From the NCBI GenBank assembly GCA_032718475.1, contig JAUCBJ010009078.1:19571-83570 (forward strand): a DNA stretch of 64,000 bases, written 5' to 3'. The stretch's first letter is position 1. The number at the start of each line of letters is the position of its first letter. The notes beneath the pieces are model-generated. The model saw nothing but the letters and a program-made list of their open reading frames with translations, made no database searches and was not told the origin of the DNA. The DNA is from Nemertoderma westbladi. Lineage: Eukaryota > Animalia > Xenacoelomorpha. Made by a program: the position numbers and the translations under genes. Below are positions 15,133 to 23,951 of this stretch, one piece after another.

Positions 15133-18100
15133 ATGTCAGTCGTTCCTGTACAAACAACCATGTCCCTCCTATCCCCCTCGCAAACACAAGGGCGGGTAGG
15201 CCCGGGCATCCACACAGCCTATGACCCGACCAAGGTATGCGATGGGGGCGACCCTACCCACACAGGCGTTCAGTCTGGTGTTTCCAGACTAATAAGGGAT
15301 GAGGCGCGAGAAGCAGGGTATGCCTACCGAACCAACACACTATCAGACCAGGACAACTCGGGGCTGAATAGGACGCTCAAGATCATCTCCCAACTAACAC
15401 CTGTGGTAGTTAAGGACCTGGACGATTATGGCAACTGGGTACGTCGTGAACCCGCAACGTCATATTTTGGTGAAACAAAAGTCGATGCGACAACAATTGA
15501 TACACACTCATATAAACTCAAACCTCGCCCTACCACCGCAGGGGATCGGATGTCCAAGAAAAACGGGATAAAAGTGATAAGGCAGGGGAAGAATCACCGA
15601 AGACCAGTCACTAGGAGTCAGAGTAAACTCTCCGCCAATGAGAATGAATCTTCCGATCGTATCCCTAAGCTGAGTAGCCTAGGTGGGGGCCCGGGTAATC
15701 ACATTCAGACGATACACGACCTAGCGGGGAGAAACTGTGTAGGGGCAGATTTTTCTAATTGTAACAAATGTATATGTGCAGTAGCATCTATCCCTAGTGC
15801 AGAGAAAGAGCAACCCACCCTTTTTTATACTGAGGATAACTTTAAAATTACCAATAGAAATTCATTGAGCCATATAGTTAATAATTACTCGACCATTCAT
15901 GGTGTTAATTCGCTCCCGGTCGTAACCAGTGCTAATAATTTTGGGACTTTTACTGGTTATGATAATGCTGCGACTTTTACCAGCAATATTTTCACACCCA
16001 CAAATATTGTTAATTCGGTCCCAGTTGTAACCAGTGCTAATAATTTTGGGACTTTTACCGGTTATGATAATGCTGCGACTTTTACCAGCAATATTTTCAC
16101 ACCCACAAGTATTGTTAATTCGGTCCCAGTCGTAACCAGTGCTAATAATTTTGGGACTTTTACCGGTTATGATAATGCTGCGACTTTTACCAGCAATATT
16201 TTCACACCCACAAATATTGTTAATTCGGTCCCAGTTGTAACCAGTGCTAATAATTTTGGGACTTTTACTGGTAATGATAATGCTGCGACTTTTACCAGCA
16301 ATATTTTCACACCCACAAATATTGTTAATTCGGTCCCAGTTGTAACCAGTGCTAATAATTTTGGGACTTTTACCGGTTATGATAATGCTGCGACTTTTAC
16401 CAGCAATATTTTCACACCCACAAATATTGTCAATTCGGTCCCAGTTGTGACCAGTGCTAATAATTTTGGGACCTTTACCGGTAATGATAATGCTGCGACT
16501 TTTACCAGCAATATTTTCACGCCCACAAATATTGTTAATTCGGTCCCAGTCGTAACCAGTGCTAATAATCTCGGGACTTTTACAAGTAACACCTTAACTA
16601 CCGTCTTTAATGTGAACTCAGTCCCAGCTGGAACCAGTGAGGATGACTTTGGGATTTTTAATAGTAATAGTTTCACCCACACTGATGTTGTGAACTCGGT
16701 CCCGAATGCAACCAGTGATGATAAATCTGGTACCTCCATCATTAACACTCTAACTCCCACTGATAATGTGAATTTGATACCAGCAGCTATAAACAGTATT
16801 GATAACTCTGGTTCTACTGCCCCCATGAATTCCTACTCAGCTATGCCAATGACCACTAATCCCACGCCCCATTCAAACACAACATATATACAGAAGTATG
16901 ACACATACGCAGACCCAATAGTAAATACCCACTTCATGATCGACACTGACAATGAGCAATATGATATTTTATCACCTGTATGCGTCGAGGTCCCCAAAGC
17001 TGGCAATGGGCAATACCTATCACCGGGGACGCAAGCTAGGAAATACTTAGCCTCCAAAGCAACCTCACGTCGTCTACAAATGGACACAGTAGACAAAATA
17101 GATCTGGACTCGTTGGAGAGTGCAAAGCTCGTGACAGACTCGATAGTGGACAGATTTCTTACCATCCTGGAAACCAACACTACAGGTCGCATATCCTGTG
17201 TGTCCTCTGCACTGTCAGTTAAACTGCAAATGCAATATAATATGGTATCCGCTATTAAATTTGTAGCTAGGCAGTACTTCCAACCCGAAACACAACTTAT
17301 TCTTTTCCCAGAATGTAGACAGACACATCCAGATTGTGAAGAGACACCATTCAAACACTTTTATTTGCATGTAGCAAACATAAAGGATAGAGAGGTCTAT
17401 ACACTCTGCTCTTTGGGACGTATTACCCCAACTAATACCACCAGAGAAATCTGCAAAGTCATGAATTATATTGACGACCACTCACCTAGCAATAAAAAAC
17501 GGAAGTATGCAGGGCGCTGGTCATCAATAGTATCACAAACAATACTGCCCCCTCAAGGTAATGACTATGACTGTGGGGTCTTTCTGTGTCTGCATGCGTA
17601 TGCAATTGCCTTTGGAAATCAATCCCAGTTGGCTGCTCTGACTGACAATACCTATAGCGACCCACTTAGATCATGGATACGGGATACAATAGCGAGTAAC
17701 TCTCTCCTAAATCCAACAGAGTATGGTACATGTGGACTGATAAAAAATTCCCTGACAAATAATGACTACATACCACACAATTCATACCCGCCTGCCAGTT
17801 CAAAAGAGTATAAGCACGGTCATAAACGACCAAAGGTGGTGAGTAACACTAAACATTCTAAACCTATCCCGGGATCTTATAATCTTACCAGTACTGCCAT
17901 CACTAAGGATAATTGCTTAAGTGCTAGTGCATATCCAATGGAAGGACCGACTAATTCCCCAACACATCACCCAGCCCCCGCAAAGAATATAGCAAGCACA
18001 ATATCTTCACCACATGCCGGAGTAATAGACCGTGAAGCATTTCCACACTATAGTGAAGTGAATCTCACCCCAGTGTTAACACTATCCCGCAAACCAGCAA

Positions 18101-19440
18101 TAAAGAAACTACAGGCCATAGGAAATGAGCGGTTGGGAAAACTTCGCGAGAAGTTATACCAGGATATCAAGTCCCTCATGTCACCTACTCAAACAGTGTC
18201 ACTTGAGCTTGCTACAAGAGGCTCCCAGCGCGAATCAGCAATTGATGTCTACGAGCTTATGCACTCAATGAAGGATGGCAACCTATCAGAAGCCACAAGG
18301 AAACGACTCAAGAAGGTTGCCAATAGTGACTCGATGGATTCCAACACTGTTATGCGGCTTAGACAGGACCTAGTCTCAGCAGTGGCAGTTCTCCAAACTC
18401 GAATGACTCAGCTAGAAAATGACAATGCCAATTTAACAGAAAGTAATCAGCGTTTGCAAGATGAGGTTAACCATGAGAGGCATGCACGCATCCTGCTTGA
18501 GGCAAAATGCACTGATACACATAAGGAGCTAAATGTATTCAAACTGGAAGTTAAACAAGCTCGACACTGCCACAGACCTTGTGATAACCACACCACCTCA
18601 GCACCAATACACAATAATAAAAAGCAATACAATGATACAAGTTGGGAAAGACCAGACCTGAAACATACATACCAAAACAAAGCAATCCATGGTCACATGG
18701 CTCCAGTTATAATCAAGAATAGATATGCTCCTCTGGATAATGAACCACTGAAGGCAAGCTATACGGGTACTAAAATCATACAAGAGAAGAAACTTAGCGA
18801 ATTAACCCAGATTCAGTCCAGTTCTTGGAGTGCTAACAACTCTAAGTCAGCGCATCATCCCAATCAGTATGTAGGTCAAACAGAAGTTCACCATCCTCTC
18901 CCCAGTGTCCTTCGACAAACCAATGACCATTCGCACCCTTCTTCCTACAAACAAACAATGCCATTCACATCCCATTCACATCACCCCAGCAGAAAACAGA
19001 CTAGGGACCAAGGAGAACTCAACAAGGTATCATACCAAGGTCGCAGCCGGTCACCAGGTGACAAGGAATACTTATCATATGGATCATCATATCATAAAAA
19101 GTCCAGAAAACACATCAGTCAAACTTCAGAGCAGTGTCCGTATGCTTATATCTTTGTTACTGGCATTGACAGGCAACACCATGCTGAAGATGTGGTCAAA
19201 TATCTTGCAAGGAGAGGCATCAATGTTTACTACTCTAAAGCCTGGGAGCACCGCACATCATCTAACATGCGCTTGACTGTTGACATATGTCATCTACGGA
19301 AAACAACTGAACAAGGATTCTGGCCACATGGCATCGCATGTCGGGAATGGAAATCACAGACAATGATCCATAACGCAAAGTCTTCAAACAACAGCAACAT
19401 AGGTTCTACTCATTTACCTCCAAGAACGTATTATGTTTAG
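15133..19440 (+). CDS. LINE ORF1 protein: N/T/S-rich repeats, Ulp1/SENP-like C48 peptidase domain, coiled coil, C-terminal RRM-like domain
   Basis: 1435-aa ORF. Protease motifs DLDSL..LVTDSIVDRFL, HFYLHVANIKDREVYTLCSL and PPQGNDYDCGVF. Heptad region LQTRMTQLENDNANLTESNQRLQDEV. C-terminal IFVTGI...FWPHGIACREW is typical of LINE ORF1 RRM-like domains. The frame stays open upstream of the ATG, so the true start is uncertain. Confidence 0.85.
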   Translation: MSVVPVQTTMSLLSPSQTQGRVGPGIHTAYDPTKVCDGGDPTHTGVQSGVSRLIRDEAREAGYAYRTNTLSDQDNSGLNRTLKIISQLTPVVVKDLDDYGNWVRREPATSYFGETKVDATTIDTHSYKLKPRPTTAGDRMSKKNGIKVIRQGKNHRRPVTRSQSKLSANENESSDRIPKLSSLGGGPGNHIQTIHDLAGRNCVGADFSNCNKCICAVASIPSAEKEQPTLFYTEDNFKITNRNSLSHIVNNYSTIHGVNSLPVVTSANNFGTFTGYDNAATFTSNIFTPTNIVNSVPVVTSANNFGTFTGYDNAATFTSNIFTPTSIVNSVPVVTSANNFGTFTGYDNAATFTSNIFTPTNIVNSVPVVTSANNFGTFTGNDNAATFTSNIFTPTNIVNSVPVVTSANNFGTFTGYDNAATFTSNIFTPTNIVNSVPVVTSANNFGTFTGNDNAATFTSNIFTPTNIVNSVPVVTSANNLGTFTSNTLTTVFNVNSVPAGTSEDDFGIFNSNSFTHTDVVNSVPNATSDDKSGTSIINTLTPTDNVNLIPAAINSIDNSGSTAPMNSYSAMPMTTNPTPHSNTTYIQKYDTYADPIVNTHFMIDTDNEQYDILSPVCVEVPKAGNGQYLSPGTQARKYLASKATSRRLQMDTVDKIDLDSLESAKLVTDSIVDRFLTILETNTTGRISCVSSALSVKLQMQYNMVSAIKFVARQYFQPETQLILFPECRQTHPDCEETPFKHFYLHVANIKDREVYTLCSLGRITPTNTTREICKVMNYIDDHSPSNKKRKYAGRWSSIVSQTILPPQGNDYDCGVFLCLHAYAIAFGNQSQLAALTDNTYSDPLRSWIRDTIASNSLLNPTEYGTCGLIKNSLTNNDYIPHNSYPPASSKEYKHGHKRPKVVSNTKHSKPIPGSYNLTSTAITKDNCLSASAYPMEGPTNSPTHHPAPAKNIASTISSPHAGVIDREAFPHYSEVNLTPVLTLSRKPAIKKLQAIGNERLGKLREKLYQDIKSLMSPTQTVSLELATRGSQRESAIDVYELMHSMKDGNLSEATRKRLKKVANSDSMDSNTVMRLRQDLVSAVAVLQTRMTQLENDNANLTESNQRLQDEVNHERHARILLEAKCTDTHKELNVFKLEVKQARHCHRPCDNHTTSAPIHNNKKQYNDTSWERPDLKHTYQNKAIHGHMAPVIIKNRYAPLDNEPLKASYTGTKIIQEKKLSELTQIQSSSWSANNSKSAHHPNQYVGQTEVHHPLPSVLRQTNDHSHPSSYKQTMPFTSHSHHPSRKQTRDQGELNKVSYQGRSRSPGDKEYLSYGSSYHKKSRKHISQTSEQCPYAYIFVTGIDRQHHAEDVVKYLARRGINVYYSKAWEHRTSSNMRLTVDICHLRKTTEQGFWPHGIACREWKSQTMIHNAKSSNNSNIGSTHLPPRTYYV
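15904..16790 (+). repeat. Coding tandem repeat in ORF1: 6 x 105 bp (35 aa) followed by about 3 degenerate 26-aa units
   Basis: VNSVPVVTSANNFGTFTGYDNAATFTSNIFTPTNI units start at 15904, 16009, 16114, 16219, 16324 and 16429. Shorter VNSVP... units follow from 16534. Confidence 0.95.
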
Positions 19441-22400
19441 CAACAACGCATCCACGGACCTCACCTCCCCACACATCAAACTGAAAATCGCAACGTACAA
19501 CTGTCATGGCTTCCATACAAACAGTGGCTATATTTTAAATCTTTTAGATACACTCGATGTGCTCGCCATCCAGGAGCATTGGCTCGACGAAATTGAAGCT
19601 AAGGAACTCCTACCCGAACTAAAGGATGAATTTTCATGTGTAAAATCTATCTCTAAGCTGATGACCAATCCAAATCGTATTAGGGGCGCGGGAGGTGTGG
19701 CACTATGGTATCGGAAGTCCCTCTTTACAGATGTCACCTGCATTTCTTCCGGCGATGACATAGTTGGCATCAAAGCCTCCATCACCGGGTCTAATAGGAC
19801 AGTGTTACTACTGAGCTGCTACGCTCCTGATGGAAGCAAAGGAAAGGTAATTTATGACGACTTCACTGGACGACTTGAAGCCATTCTGGAATCACACACC
19901 CATTCTCTTCCACTAATTCTTGCTGACACCAATGCTGACTTAGGAACATTACAAGGACCCCGGACACACTTACATAAAGCAACCCCACGTGGCGAACAGT
20001 TCGATAATTTTCTTACCACCAATAACCTTACTGCCATAGACACTCAATCCAACTTTACTGGGCCCACCACTACATTCCGCGGGCATGGTACATCATACAT
20101 AGACCACATCTTAACACTCATAGACAGTCGTGACATAGTTACTAGTGGCGAGGTCCTAGAAGAAGACCCTGTATTCAATATGTCGGATCACGTACCAGTG
20201 GTGGCATGCATATGCCTGCCAATACATAGTGCATCACAGCCCTCAAAGAGGAACGTCAAACAGCTAGTTAAATTTTCCTGGGATCGGGTGACAGAGGATA
20301 ATATCTCAAGGTATAATAGTCAAGTAAGTTATGGAATCAGTAGCCTACAGGCACAGACCATGAAACATCCAATCAATTGGACCTGCAGTGAACTCAATGA
20401 ATTCTCCTCAGGTGTCCAAAATATCATTCAAACTGCTGCAATCTCAACACTGCCAATATATAAACCAAGGAGACAATGTAAGAATATCAGAATTCGTTCT
20501 AAACAACTGTATGAACGATCCAAAATGACAAAGGGTCTTTACATACAATGGTGCAAACAAGGTAAAAAGGAAGGAACTACTCTTGGTGATGCCTTCAAAG
20601 AGTCACGTCGATCTGTTAAGAGGCTGCGCAATTGGCTCTCTCATAATGCTGTATCGAATGTGGTGGACCGCAACTCCTCCTTAATGCACAATAACCCAAA
20701 GCTGTTCTGGAATAAATTCAAATCAAAATCTCACATAATACCAACAGCACATTTGCAAACTAACCTGCAGGAGAAACTAGCAAAGGAACAAATGAGAGGG
20801 AGCGATTGGGAGACCTCTGTCAGTGAACTTCAGCAAAATCTTAGGGACAAATGTAATTATTCTTGTCTGCCAACAATCTCCCCAGTCACCATCCGGAAAG
20901 TCCTCCTCGCACTCTCAAAAGGTAAGGCACCTGATGCAGCTTCACTTGTTATCGAACTATTTCTTGTTCTGGAAGATAACCTCATCGACCCAATACTCGC
21001 TGATATTATAAATACATGCCTCAGACTTGGAGACACACCTGATTTGTTTGGCATGACAATTGTTACATACCTACATAAAGGCAAGGGAAGGGATCCAGCA
21101 GTCTGCACTTCATATCGCCCAATCGCAACCGTGAGCGTCTTTGGGAAGATCTTTGAGGCTGTGATATTGCGGGAGTTCCTCACATCACCAGGACTTGTAT
21201 GTGATTCTCAGTTTGCATATCAACCAAAGATTGGCACTGATCTGCTACTAGCCGCAATACTAGAAAGCCTTGAACATCAGAGAAAAGTGGGAAACTCAGT
21301 CTACCTCGTTCAGATTGACATTACAGCAGCATTCGACAATGTTGCCTATACCAGCCTATTCACAAAACTCATGGAACACATCAATCCTTACATTTGCTCT
21401 GCCCTACTGGCGTATTACCTTCATACAGTTGTATTCCTTAAATTTGGATCAGGTGTAAGCCTAGATGGTACCCGCCTCACTAAAGGAGTCAAACAGGGAT
21501 CCCTGCTCTCCCCTGTACTATTTAACCTGTACCTAAGAGATACCTTCTCCAAGTTAGACGAACAAGGTTATGGATGGCAACTTAGTGACGTCTGGCTGGG
21601 CGTCGTCTCTTATGCGGATGATATCCTTATAATGGCGAGGTCAGCTTCTGAAGCGGAACATATCGTTGCAGTCATCACTCAAAGTCTACGCGCCATAAGC
21701 CTAGATGTCCAGCCTGACAAAACTTCATGGGTATTCTTTCCGGGTAACAGTCACAGCAAGGTACACTGCACATTCCTAACTATCAACAATACGTTGGTGC
21801 CAGCCCACTCATCACTAACTTTTCTTGGTCACAAATTTAGTGCAAAGGAGGACAGCCTCACGCAGTGTATTAGAACGATCGCCTCAGTAGCGGATATATT
21901 CCACAGAAATGGCTGGACAGTTAGGTGGCTGAAGGTAAATACTCTTAACTACCTCTGGAATACTATAGCGGTGCCAATCCTAACTTACAGCATGAGATTC
22001 CTCATTGGGGCACTGTCGCAACGAGAAGTAGACCAACTCGATATCTACTACCGTAAAATCTTACGAGGCCTGCTCTACCTGGGCACATATGCTAGTAACC
22101 AAGTGGTAATGGACCTTATGAATTGCGACCCAATATCAACTCGAGCATACAAAGATGCTCTAGGGACTATCTTGAGGACCACATCCTGCCCCAATACAAT
22201 CCTCCAGCCGTTCCTTAGACTATCACTTTTCATTAACAGTAGCAAACAGGACAACGATTATCATACTGCAAGTCTCAGTGGGGCCTACCGACAATGTTCC
22301 AACTCCTTCCCAATGCCAGATATCCTATCCATCCTAACATTCTCATACTGCAAGAAGGAATTATTATCTCGTCTAAACAACGGATCACTAACATCTGGTG

Positions 22401-22501
22401 AAGCGATGAAACGAAACTTTATTAATAACTGTTACAGCCTTCACAAAACGTCTTTCGACGTGAAACACATGCGAATATCACAGTACTACAATGTGTCTTA
22501 A
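19433..22501 (+). CDS. LINE ORF2: apurinic-like endonuclease plus reverse transcriptase
   Basis: 1022 aa. APE motifs TYNCHG, QEHWL, GGVA, ADTNADL, YIDHIL, SDH. RT motifs YRPI, QFAY, DITAAFD, GVKQGSLLSP, YADD, FLG. No stops or frameshifts. Confidence 0.96.
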   Translation: MFSNNASTDLTSPHIKLKIATYNCHGFHTNSGYILNLLDTLDVLAIQEHWLDEIEAKELLPELKDEFSCVKSISKLMTNPNRIRGAGGVALWYRKSLFTDVTCISSGDDIVGIKASITGSNRTVLLLSCYAPDGSKGKVIYDDFTGRLEAILESHTHSLPLILADTNADLGTLQGPRTHLHKATPRGEQFDNFLTTNNLTAIDTQSNFTGPTTTFRGHGTSYIDHILTLIDSRDIVTSGEVLEEDPVFNMSDHVPVVACICLPIHSASQPSKRNVKQLVKFSWDRVTEDNISRYNSQVSYGISSLQAQTMKHPINWTCSELNEFSSGVQNIIQTAAISTLPIYKPRRQCKNIRIRSKQLYERSKMTKGLYIQWCKQGKKEGTTLGDAFKESRRSVKRLRNWLSHNAVSNVVDRNSSLMHNNPKLFWNKFKSKSHIIPTAHLQTNLQEKLAKEQMRGSDWETSVSELQQNLRDKCNYSCLPTISPVTIRKVLLALSKGKAPDAASLVIELFLVLEDNLIDPILADIINTCLRLGDTPDLFGMTIVTYLHKGKGRDPAVCTSYRPIATVSVFGKIFEAVILREFLTSPGLVCDSQFAYQPKIGTDLLLAAILESLEHQRKVGNSVYLVQIDITAAFDNVAYTSLFTKLMEHINPYICSALLAYYLHTVVFLKFGSGVSLDGTRLTKGVKQGSLLSPVLFNLYLRDTFSKLDEQGYGWQLSDVWLGVVSYADDILIMARSASEAEHIVAVITQSLRAISLDVQPDKTSWVFFPGNSHSKVHCTFLTINNTLVPAHSSLTFLGHKFSAKEDSLTQCIRTIASVADIFHRNGWTVRWLKVNTLNYLWNTIAVPILTYSMRFLIGALSQREVDQLDIYYRKILRGLLYLGTYASNQVVMDLMNCDPISTRAYKDALGTILRTTSCPNTILQPFLRLSLFINSSKQDNDYHTASLSGAYRQCSNSFPMPDILSILTFSYCKKELLSRLNNGSLTSGEAMKRNFINNCYSLHKTSFDVKHMRISQYYNVS

Positions 22502-22559
22502 AGTCTCCCTTCGGGTAATGTCATCATATCAGCTTAGCTATTATAGTGCTGGTGAAGTA

Positions 22560-22578
22560 GGGGGGGGGGGGGGGGGGG
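22560..22578 (+). repeat. Poly-G tract in the LINE-A 3' UTR
   Basis: Run of about 19 G. A second run of about 24 G lies at 22905-22928, outside the tail. Confidence 0.85.
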
Positions 22579-22806
22579 TGGTTCAGTATACGTATTTTTA
22601 TTTTTATTTTTTCTATTTCAACCTATGTTCTCTGCAGTACAATTTGGTATATTTTATTTGTGCGTTTGGTCTACCGTACTTTGTACTTTTACCGGATGTA
22701 CTACGCAACACATGTAATTATTTGCGCGTTCGTTTTACTCGTTTTACCCGTTTTACCCGTCACTTGTGCATGATGTACTACACAATTTTACTTTGAAGAT
22801 AATATA

Positions 22807-22848
22807 ATGTCGGCTGGACCGACGTCACTATGTTAATAAATAAAAAAA
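22807..22848 (+). terminator. LINE 3'-terminal stem-loop, polyadenylation signal and A-rich tail
   Basis: ATGTCGG-CTGGA-CCGACGT forms a 7-bp stem with one G-U pair. AATAAA at 22835-22840 is followed by TAAAAAAA. Confidence 0.65.
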
Positions 22849-23164
22849 TGATTATAACAGAAATACACTTGTTTGCTAACTAACTTTGTTCAATTTTATT
22901 CCAAGGGGGGGGGGGGGGGGGGGGGGGGTTCATATTCTAAGAAATACGGTAACACGACTTGCTTTACGGCGTCTTAACACAAATTCAATTCTCAATACAA
23001 TTCAATTTATTATTATTTCTCCGATCATGTTTACTGTTTCCCTATCCCTCATCTACCAATAGAATAACAACTTTATATATTTACTGTACTACCGCACTAA
23101 GTACTACTACTACTACTAGGATCGGCATGCTTCATTGCAGCTGCATTATGTATATATTACATAT

Positions 23165-23942
23165 GGAAGCAGGACAATTCGGTCCGGACAATTTTGTGCC
23201 TTGGGACCGAATTGTCCGGGACCGCATTGTCCGGATACTGACTAGGACAATTCTGTCCCAAAACATACATATTAATGGGACCGAATTGTCCGAGACCGAA
23301 TTGTCAGGGACCGAATTGTCCGGGCCAAATTTAATTGATACTATAAAATGGTGAATGTTCTAGAACCTTAAAATATTTTTTTATGGTAGCTAGGGTTTTT
23401 TTACTAGCTAGTATTTTTATTTAAAATAAAATAAAATTTGTAGTTATGGTAGCTATATGTTGTTTTTATGGAGCTTGTGAATTATTTACTAGCTAGTAAT
23501 AGTATGTATTTAAAATGTTTAAAACTGATTTTTTTAATATGTTGGGTATACATACAGCTACCTTAATAAATAATATATAGTAGTATTCGCGAACACTTAC
23601 CAATAACAAATAACCAATAATATATCGTATTTTTTAAAATTTCAAAAAATTCTAGCTTGTAAAAAAACTCTAATTACCATAAAAAAATATATCTACTAAT
23701 GTTCTAGAACATTCACCAATATCGAAAAATAACAGGCACCGGACAAGTCGATCCCGGACAATTCGGTCCCGTACAATTCGGTCCTAGGACAATTCGGTCC
23801 CGGACAATTCGGTCCCATTTATTTAGTGTCTTGGGACCGAATTGACCTGGACCGAATTGTCCAAACCGAATTGTCCAGGACCGAATTGACCGGGACCGAA
23901 TTGTCCAAACCGAATTGTCCAGGACCGAATTGTCATACATCC
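23165..23942. mobile_element. Non-autonomous Mutator/MULE-type DNA transposon (MITE)
   Basis: 9-bp TSD ATTACATAT (23156-23164 and 23943-23951). TIRs GGAAGCAGGACAATTCGGTCC and GGACCGAATTGTCATACATCC. Many subterminal GGACAATTCGGTCC repeats in both orientations. Confidence 0.85.
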
Positions 23943-23951
23943 ATTACATAT

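Larger units (their letters stand above)
15043..22848 (+). mobile_element. LINE-A: apparently intact APE-type non-LTR retrotransposon (clade unresolved; RTEX/Proto2-like motifs)
   Basis: Two long uninterrupted ORFs overlapping by 8 nt, a 3' UTR, a terminal stem-loop, AATAAA and an A-rich tail. The 5' boundary is the end of the satellite. No TSD seen. Confidence 0.92.

Noticed and set aside
15043-15340. HDV-like or hammerhead ribozyme at the LINE-A 5' end
   Set aside because: A hairpin (AGTCTGG-TGTTT-CCAGACT) is present, but I could not build the nested double pseudoknot or find a CUGANGA/GAAA core.
16377-21183. Antisense and alternative-frame ORFs overlapping LINE-A ORF1/ORF2
   Set aside because: Shadow ORFs of long coding sequence and of the 105-bp repeat, with no recognisable motifs.
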